In this document: piece by piece, positions 14,871 through 26,143 of the stretch | Layout: the number at the start of each line of letters is the position of its first letter | How positions within the stretch are numbered: position 1 is the first letter of the stretch | Assembly: GCA_046563655.1 (NCBI GenBank) | Contig: CM102288.1 | Coordinates: 6,076,001 to 6,140,000, forward strand | Length of the DNA: 64,000 nt | Direction of reading: 5' to 3' | Source: Yuukianura sp. NJ FZ-2021 | Lineage: Eukaryota | The notes under the pieces: generated by a model | The model's input: the letters and a program-made list of their open reading frames with translations, nothing else | Told to the model about the DNA's origin: nothing | Databases searched by the model: none | Program-made: the position numbers and the translations under genes

Positions 14871-17800
14871 TTACTCGTGGAATCTTCTGGCTATTGAGCC
14901 CGGTTTTCTCTGAGCTTTGAGTCTGCTTAGAATTGGATTCAATGACGGAGCGGGAGACGGACTCGGAGCGACATCTAGTGGCTGGAAAGAGTCCGGCACT
15001 TCTTCGGATTCACTCACGACACTCGATACCTATCAAACAGAGTGTTACGAGATATTTGAAGTGTCCAATGTAATTTTACTGCTTTACATAAAAAAATTCA
15101 TATGTTGATGTAATTTTTTTTATGTTACGCATGGCAAATTAGTTAGACATTACCTGAATAATGACTCCGTTGGCTGGAATCGTTTTTTGAGACGCTGATC
15201 CAGTATCCGACGCTGCAAAAGCGTCGAAATCCGTCGGTCCTTTTGTCGTAGACGCAAGTTTTCGTCGGTTCAGAATACCGCCAACTCTGCTCGGTTTCCG
15301 TTCGGTAGTTGTCGATACGACTTCGGGTTGGGCAGTAGTTGAGGGGGTGGGGAGTCCCTTTGAACGACTGCGTAACCGGCCTAGACACATTTTCAAAAAA
15401 AAATGTTTTCAAAAAATGAAAATTTCAAAAAAAATTCTTAAAAATTTTTACAATTCAAGATTGGTTAAACATTACCGAGCACTCCAGCGATTCCTTTTTT
15501 CGGCGGTTCGGCTTCGGATTCCGAAACGGTAGTGGAGGAAGAAACGCTGATTTTCTGGGAAACGGCTCCAGTGTTAGTGGGTTCTTCTACTAATTGAGCC
15601 GTTGGTGCTGGATCGCTGGATGGCTGAATCGCTGGATCGCTGGATTCTGGAAGTGTTGGAGCCACTGTCTCGAGTGGATCGCTGGAAGCGATTGGCTCAA
15701 TCGCTTCTTCAACTACTACTGTTGGCAGGGGCGTAGTAGTTGTTGTCGTGGACGTTCGACCGCTGCGAAGTAAGTTTGGTCGTGCTCTGCCTCTGGTCCG
15801 GTTTGATGTCGGACGATTGATTAGCTCTGGAATTCAAAAGATTTTCAATTTCAAGTTTCAAAATTTTGAATTTAAGTTTCAAAATTTTGAATTCCGCGGT
15901 TTCTAAACCTGGTGTAGGTGCTGGAGCTGGAGGAGAGTCAATGACTTCTGCTGATGCTTGAGTGTGTTCTGGAATCGGAGTTGATGTCGAAATGCGTCTG
16001 CGTTGATACGGTCCCCGCTCGGCCGGTCCTCTGTTCAGTCTTTCTCGTTTCGGTTTGCTCTCGATTTCTGTAGTCAGTGGAGTTGAGGAAGGTGCCTAAA
16101 TCAAAATTTGAAAAAAGTAATATGAATTTTTAAAGTCATATTTCAAAATTTTGAAAAAAAGAAAGTCCAGTACCTGAGTTGTGGAAGACCTTTGTCTAGT
16201 GGCAAACCGGTTTCTAACAGGAGCTAGTGGAGCATGGGAAGAAACGCCTTCGGCTGTAGACTCTTGAGAATTTATAGGCTGATGAGATGCCGGTTCAGAG
16301 TTTGTTCGTACCGATGCCGGTCTTGTGAAGTTCCGGTTTCGTCCGGCAAATCTGTGATGCTAGCAAAACACAACACAGTTAACTAAAAAATTTTTAAACT
16401 TAAAAAAACTGATGTTACAGCAAAACCCCTCATTGTGCAACAGGAAAAAAAATGCTCAGTTGTTACCGTAAAGTTCCGAGTTACGCATAGCAAGCTGAAA
16501 ACTCAAGTCACTGATACCAATTTTTTTTTTTTCGAAACGTTTAAAAGTTAAAATTTTTCCAAAAAAATATTCAGCTGAACAATTTTTCCGCCTTTAAGCG
16601 AAGGAGGAAAAAAAGGCGTGTGAAGTGAAATGGTTAAAAAACAATTTGATCAAAAAGTGAAAAGGTCAAAAGCGAAAATGCCAACCATTGCAAATAGTGA
16701 CTTATATGTTTGGTTTTCTTGTTTGACCTTTTCACTTTTTGACAAAATTGTTTTTGACCATTTTACATTTTTTAACTAAAAAAAAGTTGCACAATGGGGG
16801 CTTTACTGTACTGAACTTTTAGCATTTTCTTTTGTATTCGTCAGTACTTACTGTTCGTCTAGGCGGTTCTTCAGTGGAAGTTGACGTTGTTGACGAAGTG
16901 GAAGTTCGATCTCGGTTTCTCAACCGACTTGACGGTCCGAACCGCGGTTCGGTTGCTAAATTCGGTTGAATTGAGGTCGGTTGTTGTGATGACGGCAGAA
17001 TGGAAGTTGTAACTTCAGTTGTAGTTGTGTAAGGCACTCTCTGGACTTCGGCTGTTGAAGCTAGCGATCCAGGTAAAGCAAAAGACGAAATCGTAGTAGA
17101 CTCACTTTCTTGCATCGGTTCTTCGTAGAGTGTAGTAGCTTCCGATACGCGACCAAAATCTCCAAAAGTTTGTGGAGGTGGAGATGCTAAATTTCAAAAT
17201 TTCAAAAAAAAAAAAAAAAATTTTGAAAAAAATGTTTCAGAAAATTTAAAAAACGAAACGCAAGTACTGGTACCTGGTGAGTCTGCTTTCTTATCAGGAA
17301 TTTTTGTATTGATTGCCAGTTGGTGGAGACGAGACAGAGCGTACAAGTCGTTCACAGATTTTTGCCTTGCAGCAAAATCCTCTTGTGATCTTTGCCTTCC
17401 AGCAAAATTTTCTTCTGATCTTTGGCTTGCAGCAAAGTTCTCTTCTGGTTTTTGCCTTCCACCAAATCTCTCTTCTGATTTTTGCCTTGCAGCAAAATTC
17501 TCTTCTGGTTTTTGCCTTGTAGCAAAACTCTCATCTGGTTTCCGCCTCCGAGCAGAATTTTCTTCTGGTTTTTGCCTTACAGCAAAATTCTCTTCTGATT
17601 TTTGACTTGCAGCAAAATTCGCTTCCGGTTGTTCTGATTTTTGCCTTACCGCAAAATTTTCTTCAGCAAATTTGTCTACGTATGGATATTTCTGTTGATG
17701 TGCTGGAGTTGGTTCAACATGCGGTGCTGAAGGAGTTGACGAATGTCGGAATTGTGAGTTTCGTAAAGTGGGCGTGGCTAGTGTGCGTTGTGATTGGATT

Positions 17801-20800
17801 GGCTGCTCGGCTGATTCCTGATGCTGGGCAGTCGGCGGCGGTCGCTGCTGCAGTTCCGGCTCTGTTTCGGCAGCAGGTTGAGGTCTCCGTGGTCGTTGCC
17901 GCCTGAAAATGAGTTCAACGTTAGAAAAATTTGACAAACAGTTCAAAACTTTTTTTAAAACTTTAAAATACTGACTTTTTCCAAAATTCCTCCTGTAGAA
18001 AGTGAGAAGGTGTGATGGTATTTTGAAAAAACAATATTTTGGAAAATGTCAATTTTTCATGAATAAGGAAAATACATTTTTGGGAAATTGTTAGGCTAAT
18101 CCTGACTGAGATACTCACCTTGGCGTGGGAACTTCTGGAGGCGGAGCTTTCTTTTCAGGTTCCGGTCCAGCGTCAAGTTGATTTTGTTGGACCTGTGCTC
18201 TTCCGTGTGGTTTGAACTCCTGAGTTGGCAGAGATGAGTGCGCAGAAGCAGATTGAGGCGACTGCGCAGTAGCAGAGTTGTCCAAAACCTGGAACTGGAT
18301 CACTGGTGGTACGAAGGTATTGACTTGCGCAGATTCGCGTTGACGATCCACCGTATAAACGTCGTTGGCAACCGGTGCTACTGTTTTGGTTTGGTATTCT
18401 CCAAAATTCTGGAAAGTCGAAGGAGTTTCCTGCGTCTGCGCTGTAGGACGGAAGTTCATTTCGGGAATATTGGATTGCTTGATGACGATTGGTCGATTGT
18501 TGGGTTGTTGCACCGTGACAGGAAATGTAGTCGGTGGATCTGTTTGCAGAACAACTGTTGGACCAACTGTAGTCACTGGCGATTTGTTCGGTGTTCTTTG
18601 CCGCTCAATCGCACCAAAATTCGAATCTAATTCCGCATCTAAAACACAAAAAAAATCCGTTTTCAATATACTGAAAAATTAAAAATTACGTGATTGGCTA
18701 AAATTTTGTATCGAATGACGCGATTGGCTAATCGATTGTCCAACCTGTATAATGAGGTAGTTCCGTTCTTGTTCTGACATCTGAAGATTGAGTTGACGTT
18801 GGTGGAGTTGGTGAAGTGGTGTTGTCATCGTCATCGTCATAGTAATAGTAGATGTACTCATATTCATAGTTTTTCCCAGACGAAGCAGGTCGAACGTTGA
18901 CACGAGCCGGTTGACTACTTTCAGCTCCAACTAAATTTGTTGGCAAATCCTCAAAATCCGGGAATTCTTCTCCCTTGAACGACTCTGTCAGTGCTCCTTC
19001 CTTCATTGGTTGAATTGACGTCGACGCATTGGCTGTGTCGTTGTCACTTGCGTCAATTTCTGATGGCTGTGGTGTCTGTGTCGTCATGGGAACAGCAAAC
19101 GGACCTTGCGTTGTAAATTCCGAAGAAATCGGAGCCTCCGTTCCATTTTCCGGACTGTCAGTCGAAATATCTGGAAGAAAAAAAATATAAATTACTAAAA
19201 AAAAAACAACTGTTAGGGAGTATGCGTTATAAATAATTTATAGAATTTATAGAAACAAAAGTTAGGAAAGTGACGTCACGGGTTTGGAAATCGACCAATC
19301 ACGGAAGCCGTAACAAAACGGGTGAAGAAAGGTGGGACTTGCTAAATTCTATACGTTCTATAAATTTTATAAATTATTTGAAACGCAAACTCCCTAAAAA
19401 TCTCAAACGCTCAAAAACTCATTAAAAAGCAACACTTTTTTTGAACATTGTCTCACCTTCATCGAATTGTTGTTGTGTCTTGTCATCTTCTTCGTTGGTA
19501 AGAAAGACTGGACTGATGTTCAACCTTTGAGGACTGATTGATTGTCGTAGAGCGGTGACTTGCGTCCGTCCAGAAACCGGTTTCTGGTTGATCACCGTCA
19601 AAATCCCATCGGATTCTCGGAAATCTTCGGCAGAAGTCGGTGCAGCTTCATGCAATTGTTCCCGAATTCTACTGACTTCCGAATCTTCCCAAGATGCTAA
19701 ATTAATCGGTTGCCATGGCGACTGCGTAGGGACGAAGGGCGAGGATCCTTGGTCAGTGGCTCTGCTGTAGATGTTCTGGAAGGGCCCAGCAGTGGCTGTG
19801 TTGGCAATAGAAGTGAAGCGAAGGGCCTCTGACTTCTCGTTGAGCAATTTAGAGAATCTGACATTAGAAGAATTGGCACCACAAGTGACGATGAGCACAA
19901 CGAGCCACGCCCTCAACAATTCACAATTTGGCACCCTATAAAAAATTAACAAAAACAAAAATTAGCATTGCAAATTGGACCAATTTTGGCGACAAGTTAT
20001 ATGTCATTGCCATGCACTTTGTTCAACCTCATTCTAATATGCAAATGAAAATAATAAATAATAGTAATAAATAACTAATCCAAATAATATCCAAAATTTG
20101 AAATGCTCCCGATCCTTCATACTTTTCAAAGTGATCTTTTTTTACAAATCTGCCTCAAAATTTTGAAATTCTGCGAAACACACACCGGTGAATGTTCTTT
20201 TTCCATTCAGTCAAATTTTGCCAAAATTTTTTTTTCGTTTTTCAAAAAATCTGATAGTAGCAATCGTAATTTCAGTAATTTTAAATTTGTGTCAAACTTT
20301 TGTCTCGTGGTTTAGAATTCTCCAAACAAAATTTTTTTCAAAGTTGAGTCGAGCGTCTTTTTCAATCAAAATTAGAAAAATTTCAATTATCAGTAAGAAT
20401 TCAAAAATCAATTTTCAGCGAACCGAATTGAGAAAATCATGAATTGTTAGTAAAATTTTGTCCCCCCGTTAGCATGACGGGCCTTAACAAGCGTGTGATT
20501 AAAATGGAATACACTTAAGGGCTACCCGTTTTCATTGTTAAATTTCTCATCAGAGTAATTTCACAGTTGAGCGTCGCATCTCGCTCACCTTGTCAACGAC
20601 CTTGGTCTCCGCCCTATGCAGTACACCAACAATATCGATTTGAAATTCAAGTCATTTGTCACTTTCGATCACTAACTTTGACCTCAAATACCAAAATTAC
20701 TCCACCTTTTACTCATTCAGAAGCAGGAGTTGACTAACAACTTAAAATACTCATGCGCACAACGGAATTTCCATGTTTCATTCTGGGATGGCCGGTCTTC

Positions 20801-21733
20801 CAATGGCTCCATCCCGAAATATTCGAGGAAGAGCCCGATAGCTCAAGGGTTAGAGCTCTTCCCGGATAGGAAAGACGAGGGTTCGAATCTCCCTCGGTGC
20901 TTATTTTTCCATACTATCTTTCATTCCGTTCTCAACCCAATGTGAGCCCTGTAAGAATCTTCATAATCCGCACTACGAAACTTCGATGTTTCAAATGCAC
21001 TATGGAATTTGGATGTTTCATTTGATCCTAATTGGGGCTCAGTGATGCTCAACTTAACTCGAAAATTTTGAGTTGTGTTAAAATCAACCATCACCCCAAA
21101 TCTCCATCCAACCAAAATTTCATTTTGTAGAGCCCACGCAGTGGAGAAAGTACGACGATTAGCCTTAAATTTTACGTTTTCAAACCAACCCAATTGCGCA
21201 AACTAAAGAAATTTTGTAATTACTTAAACCACTCACAAAGTTTTCCAAATTCAAATCCTATAATGGACTGTAAAAGTTACATTTAAGACTTTGTTGCACA
21301 ATGGACAGACTTAAAAAAAATGAAACTAAAGTAATTTCCTTTGACCACATAAGGAAAAATGGGGTGTCAGAGTATGGTATACTTCCGGTTGCAGTACTAA
21401 ATACTTGCCAGTATAGTGCAGAATGCTTGCAAGTACATGAAGATGCTCTAATGCGTAATCCGTCTGCCACCTCAACTTACAAGTTACACATTTTAGCTTG
21501 TAACTTATTGTAACTTGCAATCATTTGACGCCCTACACCAAGAATTTCCTTGTGAATTATGTAAATTGTCAATGAAAACGAAAGTGAAGAAGAGCATCAT
21601 GACCTCATTCCAAACTCAGAGTGCAAAAAAGTGGCAAAAACAGTCATTTTTCAAAAGATTTTTTTCCCAAAACATCATTTTTTTTTCAAAAGATTTTCAA
21701 AAACATTTATTTTAGGTTTTCAAAAACTCACAT
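14871..21733 (-). CDS. Secreted Ser/Thr/Pro/Gln-rich mucin-like or cuticle-associated protein, about 1166 aa (11 exons: 21733-21732, 19935-19457, 19170-18745, 18638-18119, 17902-17274, 17186-16852, 16359-16174, 16095-15909, 15826-15476, 15380-15154, 15029-14871)
   Basis: Exon lengths sum to 3501 nt in frame. Signal peptide MVPNCELLRAWLVVLIVTCGA, low-complexity body, YEYEYIYYYYDDDDD patch and 10-aa repeat block. Confidence 0.8.
16418..16808. mobile_element. Tc1/mariner (pogo-like) MITE with a nested internal hairpin
   Basis: TA-flanked TIRs CAG(C/T)AAA(A/G)CCCC(T)CATTGTGCAAC; second inverted repeat at about 16626-16766. Confidence 0.75.
17352..17665 (-). repeat. Coding 30-bp tandem repeat (consensus EENFAARQKS/P, about 10 units)
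   Basis: Visible in the DNA (GCAAAATTCTCTTCTGATTTTTGCCTT) and in the translation. Confidence 0.95.
19216..19394. mobile_element. PIF/Harbinger-like MITE
   Basis: About 40-bp TIRs beginning GGGAGT, flanked by TTA and TAA. Confidence 0.7.
20831..20952 (+). mobile_element. tRNA-derived SINE-like repeat, family A
   Basis: GAGCCCGATAGCTCAAGGGTTAGAGC...GGTTCGAATC...T tract...ATGTGAGCCCTG. Confidence 0.75.
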
Positions 21734-22746
21734 TTTCGTGATTCCGTTTGCGTCAAAAAGTTTTTTTTTTTGACCTTGGGCTTTTCCTTTTCAGAATTTC
21801 TTTTTGTCCTTTCTGAATCGAGGTTTCACTTTTTCAAAGTCACGATTTCACTGTCCGTGAGAATTCTTTTTCAAAAGAAATCGATTCCCTTTTCCTCTGA
21901 ATTGTCAGATTTCGAGCACTTTCGCCGGAATCACGTATAACCAAACTGCGCAGACTCAGAAGTCAAAGTCAAAATTGACTATGGGCGTTTCCCAGTTGGT
22001 TTGTGCAACTTATTGTTTCAAGGCCACTCAATTCACCTCGCTCCAATTACAAACTTCAAAACCTTGAACTTTTCTTCAAAATTTTGAAATTTTGAAATCT
22101 TGAAATTTGGAACTTTTTAGTTTGGCGGGAAGTTGTGAGAGGGTCGACAGCGTCAGGGATGCTAAGATCATTCCGGCACGTCCGGCTGGAAAATTTTGAC
22201 GCCCGAGACGATCGACGTTCTTGTCGAACAGACTTTGACGACTGCGGGATAAGTTGTGAAGAGTTGAAATTTGAGAAGGGAGATTGGGGGGCCCTGAAGT
22301 GCCCCCTTGCTGGTCATTCATCATAGTCACTGGGGGAGCCCTGAGGTGTTGCCGACAACCAATCATGAGCAACGACTTGTTCACTCTTCCTTTTCTCATC
22401 CTGACCCACTTATGCCCAATCCAAAGATCTCTCCTCGCTCACTCACAATAAATCCCACAAATCCTGCCAAGTATGCACAAATGCTGCCAAGTACGCACAC
22501 TCCTCAAATTGCTCCTCCCAATGATGCCTCATTTGGTTTTGGTTGGCTTCGATCCGCTTTACCTAACACAAAAACACAAGTTGTTATACATAGCATAAAT
22601 AACAAAGTACAGCCGAAAAGTCCAATTTTTTGTAAACTTACGGATTACAGATAGACGCTACTACCGTATTTCCTCGCAAATAATTCGCAAGTACCGTCTC
22701 ACTGTGTCTCAGGAAATACGGTAAGAGAGGCCACTGCTCGTAAGCT

Positions 22747-22865
22747 TTAAGGCTCACATGGCTTGCGAGAGAATGACTGTGTAGGACAAAAATTAAGAAC
22801 TGAGTGGGATTCGAACCCATATCTCTTCAATCCGGCAGGAGCTCTATCCATTGAGCTATAAGGAT
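22747..22865 (-). mobile_element. tRNA-derived SINE-like repeat, family A
   Basis: Reverse complement reads TAGCTCAATGGATAGAGC...ATGGGTTCGAATCCCAC...CAAGCCATGTGAGCCTT. Confidence 0.75.
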
Positions 22866-22976
22866 ATTTTTTTCGTTTTTGACAAGACAAATTGCTCTTA
22901 TTCTGTAATTTTTTTTTTTAGAGAAAACAAGTAGAAATTCGGTTTTTAGTTTGGTTTTAACAGATGCTTGTCCATG

Positions 22977-25163
22977 TCAGTCATTCTTGGAGTGCAGAGT
23001 TGCCAATTTCAGATCTTCTTCGGTCAGAGTCTCCCCTTTCAACAACTTTTTCGTTACTTCTGGAGGATGGACTCTGGTCTTACGGTAGTGTTGTCTCAAG
23101 TTGCATCTCCGCTTAAACTCTGAAAACAAATGTAACATCAAACATCTTTCTAAATCTTTCGGACTTGGAATGAAATACACAGAGATTTTGGAAAGAAGGA
23201 GCAAGTTGCTTGTAACGACTTACTTTTGGGACACAAAGCGCATGGATATCTGTAGTCGTCCTTGTGGACTAAATTGTGATGAATCAGAGCCCTATAAAAA
23301 GTCACATTAGCCTTAATACAACTTAAGCATAACTCAATCTACTATATGTAGTTTAGTGATATGATTTTTATATGAAAAGAAGTATTGAAATTGAAATTGA
23401 AAATAAATTACTTGTTATGCTTGAAAGTCATTCCACACAGCGTGCAAAGATAGTTTCGATCCGAACTATGCTTTTCCAAATGAACCTATTCAAAAAAAAT
23501 ACAACTTCAAAAAAAAAACGAAAACAATTTTCAAACGCTTTTATATGTTAGATTAGGTTGAAGTTAAGGTTAGTTTAAACACTTTCCTACTGAAACGTAC
23601 AAAGGCCGTGGTCCTGTTGACCGTACTTACCTTAAGCATTGAGTTCGATTCAAAAATTTTGCCACAATGGGTACAATGAAGTGGAGGAGGCAAAGTGGCA
23701 AGGTCATTGTCAGGAAGGTCATCTTGAGATGTGGATTCAACAGTGTCTGTATTGTGACACATTTTCTCATGCCATGTCAAGTGGGAACTCCGCAGAAACG
23801 TTTCTGTACAGTCTGGAAACGAACATTTGAGAAAGTTGCGGTCGTGAGTCCGGGAATGCTGGTGCAGACTGGCATTGCACGACAGCGAGAAGTTGCAGTA
23901 GCCACACAACACATTCTTCCCATCACTTTTTTGGCAAAAGTGCGTTTTCAACATTTCGGAATCAAAAGTAGAAAAGTTGCACTTGGCACATTTTAGAGGC
24001 TCTTTGTTCTCGTGATCCTAAAAATCAAACAAAGTTGGGAATCAGTTTTCACAATTTCAAAAATTAGGCTTATGTTAGTTTAACAAAAGTTGAAATGTTT
24101 TTTTTATTTTTACCCGTTGAACATGATAGTGCATGTACCAGTGATACATAAACGTTGCAGGGCATCCTTCCACTGAGCACGGCACTCTCTCATGTCTGAT
24201 CTTCCGTTTCTCCGGTCTTGGTTTTCTTTCGCTCGGTGGCTTTTTAGGAGCTGTAGCCCACAGTGGGGCATTCCAAGTGGGATCCAATTCTTCTTCCGGG
24301 ATTGCTTCTTCCTCCTCGGAACTTGAATCGTCCCAGGAAAGAAATGAGTCAGAGTCTGACGATTCATCTTCACTCGAGTCTTCACTGATCGAATTGGTCC
24401 TGGATTTCTTATAAGGCTGTTTGGAAGTTTGGTGTGAATCTTCATTGTGTTGGCGATTAAGTATTCGACCACTTCTTCTCGTGACAGGATGTTCCACTTC
24501 CAAGGGAACAAACGTTTCATGATCGCTTGGCCAGGAATCCATAGTCTGTGTATTGTCATAGTCATTCTCATGTTCCTCTGTCTCCGCAAATCCAGAAAAC
24601 GACGTTGTATTGACGTCGATGTTGTTTCTTACGTTGACTTTGAGCTGAGTAACTCCAGGTTCAGGTTCAGCGTATAACTGAAGAGCAGCGTCCACCAATG
24701 CCGTAAATGAATCCGGTGTCATCAGCTGACCATGTCTAGATTCCTTTGAACTTGTTCGGCGGTGCCATTCTCCAATTCGAGGCATGAGTTGACAAATGTA
24801 AGCAGAAGGATGAGAGACTCTGACAAGGTCGATGAACGATCCGTAAACGTTTGACAGAATTTCGGAACATCTGAGACACATTGACAGTTGATGGACTGTA
24901 TCCGCATTTTTCTTGAGATCCACTAAACCCGATTCGGAAAAAATACTGAGCAGGGCATCCAAAATTGTTATGTTTGCAACTTCGGAGTCTTGGATGGCTG
25001 GTTTTTGATCTCCATCGGTTGGCTCTGAGTCGGAATTAGCTTCTGGTAAAAACGAAACGACAATGTTACGAACTGGCTCCGCTTCGACGAAGCGTGTATA
25101 ACAGTTGATGCATTTCTTCTTTTTGAAGCGGCTATGTTGCACCCTTTCAGTTTGAACACTCAT
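22977..25163 (-). CDS. ZAD-like/C2H2 zinc-finger protein (exons 25163-24114, 24017-23631, 23485-23412, 23291-23224, 23119-22977)
   Basis: N-terminal CxxC...CxxC (CINC/CLRC), acidic linker and about 7 C2H2 fingers; splice junctions keep frame. Confidence 0.85.
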
Positions 25164-26143
25164 TTCGCCAACGGACAACAGACTTGGGTAAAAGAATGAA
25201 ACTAACCAAAGGTCAAATTCAAATTTATTTCTGATTATTTGTAATTTGTAATTGCTTTGATATTTAAATATTTACCATTCCTTACCGTTTACTCCTTTAC
25301 TCTCCAATTCCAGACAAGTGGAGTTCTTCGAATCACCAAAATGTGTCTGGCCACTACTCGAATGTTAGCTTTCGCTTGAACTGGGCGGGGTGACGAAGGC
25401 GATGATGACCAATAATATGACACAATTACTTTACTAATTAGTAAGATTAAGATAGCGTACGAACTAATCAACAATCAACTAAATAAAACCAATTTCTCCC
25501 ATTGTATTTTAGTTTTTGTTTTGCTTAAGTCATGTGTTGGACTCCTTCCTAGATTGATTTCCCGCCGGCTGTATAACCCAGCAGGGGAACCGGTGAGCAC
25601 TAATCCTGTGACTTGCTGAATTACCGATATCTCGAGAAGAGTATCTCAGAAATATCGCAAGCCGAGAAGAGCCTGTCACTAATGTCGCGAGTAGTGTATC
25701 CCAAATATATCTTTCAAATAACTCGTGATAATAATGGCCAAGAACGTCCAGAAGGATATCTGAAGCATATTGCAATGGAGATACTTTTTCTGAGGTATTT
25801 TGGCCGTAGTTTTTTTTTTTTCACTTGAGAGGAGACTAGACACAATGGGATCTTGCTTTTCGAAAAATAATCGTTCTAGAATCGTAGTGCTAACCTAATC
25901 AGTGCTAATCTGGGAAAAATGTGGTAAACTCTAGTTTAAATCTAGTTTAAATTTTAATCTAATGTTAATTAATCAAATCCAGCATTTTTGGCATGGTTCT
26001 GGTTCCTGGCAACTCAAATTATCACGGTTTGTTGTCGAAGGTATTTTCCAGAATTTCGGGGTGCGTCTTATACACGAGAGCGTCTTATAGGAGAACGAAT
26101 ACGGTACCACTGTAAGCCCTTGGTTTTGACATGCAGTGTGACC

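Noticed and set aside
17352..17665. 30-bp repeats as a CRISPR array or neuropeptide precursor
   Set aside because: Contiguous coding repeats without unique spacers in a eukaryotic exon; no regular dibasic or Gly-amidation cleavage sites.
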